In this document: in pieces, positions 19,474 through 27,349 of the stretch
Position numbering within the stretch: the first letter of the stretch is position 1
Layout: the number at the start of each line of letters is the position of its first letter
Assembly (NCBI GenBank): GCA_902560725.1
Contig: CACEMR010000002.1
Span: forward strand, 66,706-130,705
Length of the DNA: 64,000 nt
Direction: 5' to 3'
Source of the DNA: an uncultured Alphaproteobacteria bacterium
Lineage (GTDB): Bacteria; Pseudomonadota; Alphaproteobacteria; HIMB59; GCA-002718135
Position numbers and translations under genes: made by a program
The notes under the pieces: model-generated
Told to the model about the DNA's origin: nothing
Databases searched by the model: none
What the model saw: only the letters and a program-made list of their open reading frames with translations

Positions 19474-20727
19474 ATGAGAAAATTAATTACAGGATTAGCA
19501 GCCGTATTAGCGTTTGGTTTCTATGGTTCTGTTAATTCAGCGAAGTCTATTGAAATAGAAGTAGCTTATCCTTACTCAGGTTTATTTGATGTAACTTATC
19601 AAGCTATTATGCCAGAGTTTGAGAAAGCACATCCAGATATTCAAGTTAAATTTAGAGCAACTTATGAAAACTATGAAGATGCAACTGCTACAGTTTTAAG
19701 AGAAGCAACTTCTGGGAATCTACCAGATGTTACAATGCAAGGTCTTAACAGACAAGCTCCTCTAGTAGATAAAGGTATTGCAAAATCTTTAGAACCATTC
19801 ATTGCAAAAGAAGCTGATTTTGAAAAAGATGGTTATCATTCTGCAATGTTAAGTCTTTCAACATTTGGAGGAGAAGTTTATGGTTTACCATTCTCTGTAT
19901 CAACTCCTGTTGGATACTATAACATGGATTTATTAGCTGCAGCGGGTATAGACAGCATTCCAACTAACTGGGATGAAGTTATTGATGCTTGTGGAAAATT
20001 AGAAGCAGCTGGAAGTGGCACTTTATATTTTGGTTGGAATATTACAGGTAACTGGTTCCACCAAGCTTTAATGCACACACAAAATGTTAAAATTGTTGAA
20101 GATGGAAAAGTTAACTTAGGCGGAGACGCTGGTTTAAAAACTTTACAACAAATGCATGACATTATGAGTGGTTGTAATATGCCTAACTATTCAATTGCTG
20201 ATGGTCAAGCTGCATTTAATGCAGGTACTATTGGTATGATGTTCTGGTCAACTTCAAGCTTAGGTTCAGTAAATGCTGCAAAAGCAGATTTCGTACTTAA
20301 GACAGCTCCATTCCCTGGAATGGCAGGTGTAAATAATGGAACTCCAGCAAGATTACCAGCAGGTGGAAATGCAGCAATGTTAACTTCTACTTCTGATGAT
20401 CCAGCAAGAGTTGATGCGGCTTGGACATTCTTGAAGTTTATTACTTCTGGTATTGGCGCAGCATTAGTTGCGGAGACAACTGGTTATGTTCCACCAAACA
20501 AAGCAGCTAACGATTTATTAGGTGATTTCTATAGTGCAAATCCAAATAAACTTACTGCGGTTGAACAGCTTCCACTCTTAGCAGATTGGTTCGCATATCC
20601 TGGTGAAAACGGACTAGCAATCACTCAAGTAATTTATGATTACACTGAGGAAATTGCTACAGGTAGTGCTGATGATATGGGCGATCTTCAAGAAGAGATG
20701 ATGGAAGAAATAAACGATCTTCTGTAA
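19474..20727 (+). CDS. ABC transporter substrate-binding protein, family 1; probable 2-aminoethylphosphonate/phosphonate-binding protein by context
   Basis: Signal peptide MRKLITGLAAVLAFGFYGSVNSA. 417-aa family-1 SBP with a strong SD. Lies between phnY and the cognate CUT1 permease/ATPase genes, which are transcribed divergently. Confidence 0.75.
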   Translation: MRKLITGLAAVLAFGFYGSVNSAKSIEIEVAYPYSGLFDVTYQAIMPEFEKAHPDIQVKFRATYENYEDATATVLREATSGNLPDVTMQGLNRQAPLVDKGIAKSLEPFIAKEADFEKDGYHSAMLSLSTFGGEVYGLPFSVSTPVGYYNMDLLAAAGIDSIPTNWDEVIDACGKLEAAGSGTLYFGWNITGNWFHQALMHTQNVKIVEDGKVNLGGDAGLKTLQQMHDIMSGCNMPNYSIADGQAAFNAGTIGMMFWSTSSLGSVNAAKADFVLKTAPFPGMAGVNNGTPARLPAGGNAAMLTSTSDDPARVDAAWTFLKFITSGIGAALVAETTGYVPPNKAANDLLGDFYSANPNKLTAVEQLPLLADWFAYPGENGLAITQVIYDYTEEIATGSADDMGDLQEEMMEEINDLL

Positions 20728-20758
20728 ATTAAGATCATTTTATTATTAACTTTTCATG

Positions 20759-20790
20759 ACAGCGGCTTTATAAAAGCCGCTGTTTTTGTT
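20759..20790 (+). terminator. Rho-independent terminator after the SBP gene
   Basis: acagcggcttt-ata-aaagccgctgt forms an 11-bp GC-rich stem, followed by gtttttgtt. It sits 32 nt after the SBP stop and about 20 nt before the next gene's SD. Confidence 0.7.
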
Positions 20791-20812
20791 TAAAAATATT
20801 AACGGAGGAACA

Positions 20813-21892
20813 ATGCCACTTATAACAACCACAATAGGTGCTTATCCAAAACCTAAAAATACACCAATTAATGATTGGTTTTTAGGTACAAAATCAGAAG
20901 AAGAAAGAAAAGCATCTAAAGGACTATTAGCAAATTGGTCACCAGGTGCTTACGAAAAAGCATTAAAGGATGCTGGTGATAATGTAGAAAATTTATTTTT
21001 AGAAGCAATTAAAGAAGTTATACTTGATCAAGTAAGTGCTGGTATTGATGTTCCAACGGATGGTGAAGTAAGAAGAGAAAGTTATGTTTTCCACCAATGT
21101 CGTTTTTTAAATAATATAAGTTTTGAAGAAGTAACTCACAAATCAGTGAGACAAGGAGCTTTTGAAGCGAATGTTCCAACAATAATCGGTCCAGTATCAA
21201 GTAAAGAAATACGCATGCCATTTGATTGGAAAAGCGCTCAACAATTCACCAAAAATCCAGTTAAGATTACATTACCCGGTCCGATGACAATAACTGACTC
21301 TATTGCAAATAACTACTATGACGATCTTAAAAAACTTGGTTTTGATTTAGCGTTAGCTCTAAATAAAGAAATAAAAGCATTAGTTGATGCTGGATGTAAA
21401 TATATTCAAATTGATGAACCAGTTTTTGCAAGAAAACCAGAAGAAGCAAATATATACGGCATGGAAAACTTAGAAAGAATGATGCATGGAATTCCTAAAG
21501 ATGTCCAAAGGGAATGTCATATTTGTTGTGGTTATCCGAACTCTCTTGACTCAACAGGATATAAAAAAGCAGACTTAGACGCATACGATAGAATTGCTAC
21601 ATTAGTTGATGACTCTACTATTGACGCTGTATCTCTGGAAGATTCTCACAGACATAATGATTTAAATCTTTTAGAAAAATTTAAAAAAACAAAAGTTATT
21701 TTTGGATTTATTGATATTGCTAAAAGTAGAATGGAATCTGTAGAAGAAGTTAGAACTAGAATGAAAGATTCTTTAGAACATATTGATGAGCATCGTTTGA
21801 TTGCTGCTCCAGATTGTGGTTTAGGTTTTTTTACAAGAGAACAGGCAATTGAAAAAATGAAAATTTTATCAAAAGCAGCAAAATCAATTTAA
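20813..21892 (+). CDS. MetE C-terminal-domain-like (Meth_synt_2) Zn-dependent alkyl/methyltransferase, substrate unknown
   Basis: All four MetE-type Zn ligand positions are present: CHICCGYP (His/Cys), LEDSH (Glu), APDCGLGF (Cys). Only the catalytic barrel is present (about 360 aa). I prefer the ATG at 20813 (GGAGG 4 nt upstream) over the track's TTG at 20786. Confidence 0.75.
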   Translation: MPLITTTIGAYPKPKNTPINDWFLGTKSEEERKASKGLLANWSPGAYEKALKDAGDNVENLFLEAIKEVILDQVSAGIDVPTDGEVRRESYVFHQCRFLNNISFEEVTHKSVRQGAFEANVPTIIGPVSSKEIRMPFDWKSAQQFTKNPVKITLPGPMTITDSIANNYYDDLKKLGFDLALALNKEIKALVDAGCKYIQIDEPVFARKPEEANIYGMENLERMMHGIPKDVQRECHICCGYPNSLDSTGYKKADLDAYDRIATLVDDSTIDAVSLEDSHRHNDLNLLEKFKKTKVIFGFIDIAKSRMESVEEVRTRMKDSLEHIDEHRLIAAPDCGLGFFTREQAIEKMKILSKAAKSI

Positions 21893-21896
21893 AATA

Positions 21897-23009
21897 ATGT
21901 GGAATTACTATAATCCCGTAGAAATCATCTTTGGTAAAAATAGATTTCAGGAAGTACATAATGCACTTAAAGATAAAAGTTATATAATCATCACGCATCC
22001 AGAAGAAATTTTTAAAAAATATAGTGATGAATTAAGCTTATCTTCTCATCCACCTTTATCCATAATGACGGATGTTCAGCCTAATCCGGATTATAAAGAT
22101 ATATTAGAACTTCAAAAAAAATTTTCTTCTATTAAAAAAAATGTTGATTATATATTAGCAATTGGTGGAGGCTCTGTTACTGATACAGCAAAAGCTATTG
22201 CTGCATTTAAAGAAAATCAAGAATATCTAACAGATTTTGTAAGAAATAAAAAAAGTCCAAAGGTTGAAAATCCTATAAAAATTATTGCCATACCAACAAC
22301 TTCTGGAACATCAAGTGAGCTTACTTGTTGGGCTACAATTTGGGATAAAGAAAAAAATAATAAACTCTCTTTGGCTCATAAAACACTTTATGCAGAAAAA
22401 GCAATTATTGACCCATCAATTATGGTTGATAAACCGCTTGGTCTTACAATATCTACCGGTCTAGATGCATTATCTCATTCTATGGAGAGTATATGGAATA
22501 TTAATGCTAATCCAGTGTCAGCTTCTCATGCAATTCAAGCTTCAAAATTGGTTTTAGAGAATTTACCACTTTTATCAAAAGATCTTACTAATGTTGAATT
22601 ACGTTCGAACATTGCTCGCGCCTGTGTTCATGCAGGTCTGGCATTTTCAAACACGAAAACAGCTATTGCGCACAACCTATCTTATCCTATTACACTTAAT
22701 TACGGCATCCAACATGGTATTGCATGTTCTTTTACTCTTCCTATTGTTACAAGAAGCATGATTGGTATTAATCAAGTTGCTGAGGAAAGATTACAATTAA
22801 TTTTTAATGATAATTTAGAAAATGCATCAATAAAATTAAGCGAATTCATGCGTTCTCTAGAGGTTCCTTTAAACTTAAATGAAATAAAAGTTCCTGTTCA
22901 AGAATGGAATAATATAGTAGATGATGCTTTTTTAGGAGAGCGAGGTAAAAACTTTATTGGTAATAAAGAGTCTTTTACTAAATCAGCTCAACTTATGGGT
23001 TTATATTAA
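21897..23009 (+). CDS. Group III iron-containing alcohol dehydrogenase; candidate phosphonoacetaldehyde reductase / 2-hydroxyethylphosphonate dehydrogenase (PhpC/FomC-like) by context
   Basis: Fe-ADH motifs GGGSVTDTAKA, LDALSHSMES, AIAHNLSYP, GIQHGIAC. The N-terminus WNYYNPVEIIFG resembles phosphonate-pathway ADHs. Lies 4 nt after the MetE-like gene. Confidence 0.75.
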   Translation: MWNYYNPVEIIFGKNRFQEVHNALKDKSYIIITHPEEIFKKYSDELSLSSHPPLSIMTDVQPNPDYKDILELQKKFSSIKKNVDYILAIGGGSVTDTAKAIAAFKENQEYLTDFVRNKKSPKVENPIKIIAIPTTSGTSSELTCWATIWDKEKNNKLSLAHKTLYAEKAIIDPSIMVDKPLGLTISTGLDALSHSMESIWNINANPVSASHAIQASKLVLENLPLLSKDLTNVELRSNIARACVHAGLAFSNTKTAIAHNLSYPITLNYGIQHGIACSFTLPIVTRSMIGINQVAEERLQLIFNDNLENASIKLSEFMRSLEVPLNLNEIKVPVQEWNNIVDDAFLGERGKNFIGNKESFTKSAQLMGLY

Positions 23010-23011
23010 AT

Positions 23012-24118
23012 ATGAAAAAAAATTTTAGATTTTACGATAATAGACAAAAATATTTATTATTTGTAACGACAACAAATGAAAAAAATCAAATTGCTGATGC
23101 TATTCGTCCTCATATTAATAAAATTAAACCTCAAAAACCTGGAATAAAAATATTTGATGCTGGTATGGGTGATGGATCATTATTGATGAATGTCATGCGC
23201 CAATGTCATTCTAAAAATCCTACTATTCCTTTGTTAGTTGCAACAAAAGAGATTAGTATTGAAGATGTAAGATTAGGTTTAGAAAAACTACCTGATAGAT
23301 TTGTGGAACATAAAAATACCGTTTTTGTAATTTCAAATTTACATTATGCGGAAGCTGCTAATTTAAAATCAAAAAATGAAAAGAAACAAAAAAAAATTAA
23401 TTGGAATGTTATAAAACTAAAAGGGAATACTTCGATTGAATTTGCCCAACAATTAAGAAAACAAAATGAATTTTTAGAAAAAAAATGGAACATAGAAATT
23501 AATAAAAAATCAGGTAATCATACTTATAAAGAACCATCGGTAATTGTGATTTATCGAGAGGATCAAGAGTTTAATGTAAACGAGCTAATTCCAACAAAAA
23601 ATAATTCTGCAAACAGATTTGATCTTATAATTGCATCGCAACCGTACAGATCAAGAATTTCAGCTGAAAAAAAAGCAAAATATGTAATTGAGCCCATGAT
23701 TAAAGCTCTGAAGTCAAAAGGAAAATTACTAACAATTCATGCATCAGGAAAAGATCCAGCAAATGAAATTATTCGAAAAATTTGGCCAAAAGAAAACCCT
23801 TTTCCTTCACTCGGCAATAGTATCATTTCATATCTAAAGAAAAACTTAGATAAAGAATTGTTAGATAATTTATCTTTTGGAGAAAAAAGAAATATTAAAT
23901 GTAAACTTCGTGCACTTCCAACAGAAATAAGTGGTGGGATAGCTACTTCTTTAATATTTTCTGCTTGGAATGCATCTATATATGTAAATCAAATGGATGA
24001 TGATAAAGTAATGAAAGTCGAAAAAACAAAAAATTATGAAAAGACTGTTCAAAAAGTAGTTGCAAAAAACAAAGGTCTTTATTTTAATAATGAAATTTTT
24101 GTTATAGAAAAGAAATAA
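23012..24118 (+). CDS. Uncharacterised 368-aa protein with class-I SAM-methyltransferase-like Rossmann motifs
   Basis: Motif I IFDAGMGDGSLL, an acidic beta-2 end (LVATKE), an FDLIIASQPY segment resembling the (D/N/S)PP(Y/F) amino-methyltransferase motif, and a large K/N-rich insertion. I do not recognise the family. Confidence 0.45.
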   Translation: MKKNFRFYDNRQKYLLFVTTTNEKNQIADAIRPHINKIKPQKPGIKIFDAGMGDGSLLMNVMRQCHSKNPTIPLLVATKEISIEDVRLGLEKLPDRFVEHKNTVFVISNLHYAEAANLKSKNEKKQKKINWNVIKLKGNTSIEFAQQLRKQNEFLEKKWNIEINKKSGNHTYKEPSVIVIYREDQEFNVNELIPTKNNSANRFDLIIASQPYRSRISAEKKAKYVIEPMIKALKSKGKLLTIHASGKDPANEIIRKIWPKENPFPSLGNSIISYLKKNLDKELLDNLSFGEKRNIKCKLRALPTEISGGIATSLIFSAWNASIYVNQMDDDKVMKVEKTKNYEKTVQKVVAKNKGLYFNNEIFVIEKK

Positions 24119-24127
24119 TTTTATTTT

Positions 24128-24922
24128 TTATTCAATCCAATTTACTTCAGTTTTTAAAAAATCTTCAGTATGAATAATTGTTGTATCTGATCGGATAATT
24201 GCAACATTATAATTTGTATCTGTATTTGCTGTTCCCAGTCTGTATTGATTTGAAAAATTTGATATCAATGGAAACCACGTACTTCTTGGAGATGAAAAAG
24301 TTATATTACAATACGAACCGGAGCTTGTTATATGCTGATGTCCAAAAAAAATATGTTTAATATTTTTTTTACTACTTAATAAAATTTTTTTAAATTCTTC
24401 TTTTTGTTGAAGACCAATCTCATCAGTTTCTTCTTTCACCAAAGCTAGAGGATTGTGATGCATAAAAATATAAATATCCTTATCATAAGATGTTTGATTT
24501 AAAGTTTTGTTGAGCCAAGCCTGTCTATCCTCACAATAATAACCTTTATCTTCATCATCTAAATTTGTATCTATAAAAATAAAACGTTTATTTTCTAAAT
24601 CTTTAAAATATTGAACAAAACCATTTTCATCTTCTTGTATTGAAGGAAAGTTTTTTTTAAATTCTTCACGGTTATCATGATTTCCAATTATAAGTTTTGG
24701 ATCTAATTGTTCAGGTAAATTTGCGTCTTGAATTATTTTTATAAATAATTGATATGACTCTTTATCTCCTAGATCTGTGATATCACCTGTTATGACAAAT
24801 AGATCAGCATCACTATGATTTTTTAAAATGTGATCTAATGCTTTTTTAAACCTACTTACTGGATCAATACCATGAATTTTATCTGTATAAATATGTGGAT
24901 CAGATAAATGAATAATTTTCAT
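24128..24922 (-). CDS. Calcineurin-like metallophosphoesterase (CpdA/GpdQ-type phosphodiesterase)
   Basis: All five motifs are present: LSDPH, GDITDLG, GNHDN, FMHHNP, GHQH. Last gene of the phnW operon. Confidence 0.8.
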   Translation of the reverse strand: MKIIHLSDPHIYTDKIHGIDPVSRFKKALDHILKNHSDADLFVITGDITDLGDKESYQLFIKIIQDANLPEQLDPKLIIGNHDNREEFKKNFPSIQEDENGFVQYFKDLENKRFIFIDTNLDDEDKGYYCEDRQAWLNKTLNQTSYDKDIYIFMHHNPLALVKEETDEIGLQQKEEFKKILLSSKKNIKHIFFGHQHITSSGSYCNITFSSPRSTWFPLISNFSNQYRLGTANTDTNYNVAIIRSDTTIIHTEDFLKTEVNWIE

Positions 24923-24945
24923 AATTTAAATTAAGTTAATTTTAA

Positions 24946-25578
24946 TTAAATTTCTGTTTTAAAATAAATATATTTATTAAACTCTTCTTTTAAATCAATA
25001 CTAACTCGGGCATGAACTTTTCCCTGTTTTCCTTGAAAAGATTGCTTTTCAGATACAGGGAAGACGCCCTCATGCCATATATTGGGATGAATATAGAGAC
25101 CTTTAGAGCCATCACAATAAAACGCTTTAAAGTGTTCTGGTTCTATATCATCTGTTGGTAATGCTAACGGACAAATGAAAGGTTTTTTTTCTTCAGGATA
25201 AAAAAGCTGTCCACCATCTGGGTGATAATTAGCATGCCATAAATAAATTTTATCTGGAGTTTGATAATTTTCTTTTTGTAAATCATTATCAGGATTAGTT
25301 GAATATCCAAGAATATATTTTCCATCAACTTCGTAATCACTCTTATGTTGAACAGCATTATTTTGTCCATAAAGAGTATCACCTTGCCACCAAGTATCAA
25401 AGGAGCCTTCTGTTGTTCCTCCTTCATTTCCTGTTCCTTCTTCTATATCTCTCCAACCTTGTTTTGGCCAAGTAACAATTTCAATTTCACTTTTTTCATA
25501 CGTATCAATTAAGTAACCGTATCCCTTAAGATTTTCATCAGTAGCTTGAATTAGTGGAATTTCAATTTCTTGTGTCAT
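24946..25578 (-). CDS. Ureidoglycolate-lyase (AllA) family cupin-like protein with ~50-aa insertion, function unknown
   Basis: YHPDGGQLFYP matches RHPLGTQAFIP, and GLYIHPNIWHEGVF matches GVNYHRNVWHHPLF of E. coli AllA as I recall it. The N-terminal ...LKGYGYLI is also AllA-like. Lies 6 nt downstream of phnW. Confidence 0.6.
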   Translation of the reverse strand: MTQEIEIPLIQATDENLKGYGYLIDTYEKSEIEIVTWPKQGWRDIEEGTGNEGGTTEGSFDTWWQGDTLYGQNNAVQHKSDYEVDGKYILGYSTNPDNDLQKENYQTPDKIYLWHANYHPDGGQLFYPEEKKPFICPLALPTDDIEPEHFKAFYCDGSKGLYIHPNIWHEGVFPVSEKQSFQGKQGKVHARVSIDLKEEFNKYIYFKTEI

Positions 25579-25584
25579 TTACAA

Positions 25585-26682
25585 TTAATTAATTTTTAAA
25601 CCTAGTTCTTGAATTACTTCTTGAACAGCTTTTATTGTATCGTGCATATCATTTTCATTTAAATTACCAATACAACCTATACGAAATGTTTCAGCAACAG
25701 TTAGTTTGCCAGGATAAATTAAGAAATCTTTTTCACTAAGTGCATTATAGAATTTTTCAAAATTAAAACTTGAATCACCCGGTTGCTTAAAAGTTATAAT
25801 AATTGGTGCTTGTAAATTATCAGGAAGTAATTGTTCAAAACCTAATTCTTTCATACCGGTACATATTATTTCACAATTACTTTTATATCTTTGATGTCTT
25901 CCCTGAACCCCGCCTTCATTTTCATGTTCTTTAATAGCTTGATTGAAAGCTGCTAATACATGCGTTGGAGGTGTAAAGCGCCATTGTTTATTTTTTTCCA
26001 TTGCTTGCCATTGATCATACAAATCCAAACTGAGTGAATGACTATTTCCTTTTGCATTTTGAATAACATTATTTTTTACTAAAATAAAACCAACACCTGG
26101 AACACCTTCTAAGCATTTATTAGATGACGCAGCTACCGCATCAAAACTAATTTTTTTTGCACTAAGAGGTAGCGCCCCAAAGGCACTCATAGCATCGATA
26201 AATAAAGATAGTTTTTTTGATTCAACTAATTTTGCAATTTCTTCAATAGGATTTAAAATACCAGATGTTGTTTCACAATAGACAGTGAAAACATGTGTTA
26301 ATTCATTATTATCAATTAGCTCTTCAATTTTAGTTAAATCATGTACTTCATGTTCTGCAACTTCATACTCTATAAAATCTCTATTTAAGTACGTGCACAT
26401 TTTTTTCATACGTTGTCCGTATGCACCATTTATTAAAATCAGTATCTTTGAGTCTTTTGATGTAAGTGAACTAACCATAGATTCAACAGCAAAAGTTCCA
26501 CTTCCTTGCATTGGAACACATTGATAATTATCTTCACCCTCAATTAATTTAACTAGTGACTCTCTTATAGATGAATTGAGATCAATAAATTTCTTATCTC
26601 TTGATCCCCAATCATGTAACATAGCTTCTTTTGTGGACATTGAGGTCGTAAGAGGACCTGGAGTTAATAATTTTTTATCCAT
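25585..26682 (-). CDS. phnW: 2-aminoethylphosphonate:pyruvate aminotransferase
   Basis: MDKKLLTPGPLTTS..., SSNKCLEGVPG (PLP lysine), SLSLDLYDQW, WRFTPPTH and FRIGCIGN track PhnW end to end. I prefer the ATG at 26682 (AGAGGA upstream) over the track start at 26724. Confidence 0.9.
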   Translation of the reverse strand: MDKKLLTPGPLTTSMSTKEAMLHDWGSRDKKFIDLNSSIRESLVKLIEGEDNYQCVPMQGSGTFAVESMVSSLTSKDSKILILINGAYGQRMKKMCTYLNRDFIEYEVAEHEVHDLTKIEELIDNNELTHVFTVYCETTSGILNPIEEIAKLVESKKLSLFIDAMSAFGALPLSAKKISFDAVAASSNKCLEGVPGVGFILVKNNVIQNAKGNSHSLSLDLYDQWQAMEKNKQWRFTPPTHVLAAFNQAIKEHENEGGVQGRHQRYKSNCEIICTGMKELGFEQLLPDNLQAPIIITFKQPGDSSFNFEKFYNALSEKDFLIYPGKLTVAETFRIGCIGNLNENDMHDTIKAVQEVIQELGLKIN

Positions 26683-26779
26683 TAAACTTATTATCCTCTT
26701 AAATATTATTATAAAATTGATCAATCGTATAAAACTTAGAATTGAAATTATTTTCTAATAAGTTAATTATTATCTAAGA

Positions 26780-27349
26780 ATGGAAGAAAATATTGTAGAT
26801 TATTTGCTGGATCTTTTGAAGACTAAAGGAGCGGATATTCAATATGGCAATGAAGATGTCACTCAATTAGAACACGCTCTTCAATGTGCTGAATTAGCTG
26901 AACAACATAAATTGCCTGGTCCAACAATTGCAGCGGCCTTACTTCACGATGTGGGACATCTTGTATATGAAGACGGCGATCCTATTCATGAAGGGAAGGA
27001 TGGTCATCATGAAAACTTAGGTGCTGATTTTTTAAAAAAATATTTTGGAGAAGAAGTTATCTTACCTATCAGAGCGCACGTTGCTTCAAAAAGATACCTA
27101 TCCAGTGTTGAAGATGGGTATTATAACAGTTTATCAGAGGCATCTAAAATATCACTCAAAGTTCAAGGCGGACCATTTACCAAAGAAGAAGCAGAAGAAT
27201 TTATAAACAAACCATTTATGGATGAAGCCGTGGAACTGAGAAGATTTGATGATATGGCTAAAATTCTTGATAAAAAAACACCAGATGTTGAACATTTTCG
27301 ACCTTATTTAGAAGATGCAAGAAAATCCTTTCTCGCTAACAAGTCCTAA
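26780..27349 (+). CDS. phnZ: HD-domain protein of the phosphonate-degradation type (PhnZ/TmpB-like mixed-valent diiron oxygenase)
   Basis: 189 aa with an extended ligand pattern: H32 (QLEHALQCA), H56-D57 (LLHDVGH), H76/H77 (DGHHE), H100 (IRAHVASKRYL), D157/D158 (RRFDD). The Y22-x2-E25 lid matches PhnZ spacing as I recall it. Confidence 0.7.
   Translation: MEENIVDYLLDLLKTKGADIQYGNEDVTQLEHALQCAELAEQHKLPGPTIAAALLHDVGHLVYEDGDPIHEGKDGHHENLGADFLKKYFGEEVILPIRAHVASKRYLSSVEDGYYNSLSEASKISLKVQGGPFTKEEAEEFINKPFMDEAVELRRFDDMAKILDKKTPDVEHFRPYLEDARKSFLANKS

Noticed and set aside
20756-20762. Exact E. coli Pho-box half-site CTGTCAT (minus-strand reading of atgacag)
   Set aside because: It is a single half-site, and the partner 11 bp away (AGTTAAT) does not match. 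It is oriented toward no minus-strand gene and forms the base of the terminator stem.
20728-20812. Possible SAM-II/SAM-V-type riboswitch upstream of the MetE-like gene
   Set aside because: The hairpin has only a 3-nt loop and a plain U-run. There is no loop-to-3'-tail pseudoknot potential or conserved riboswitch core that I can recognise. It is better explained as the SBP gene terminator.
26683-26724. N-terminal extensions proposed by the track for phnW (14 aa), fabB (10 aa, 55770..55799), the MetE-like gene (9 aa, 20786..20812), rpsO (1 aa) and coaBC (1 aa)
   Set aside because: The downstream ATGs align with the conserved family N-termini. They have better SD spacing or exact stop/start coupling with the upstream gene.
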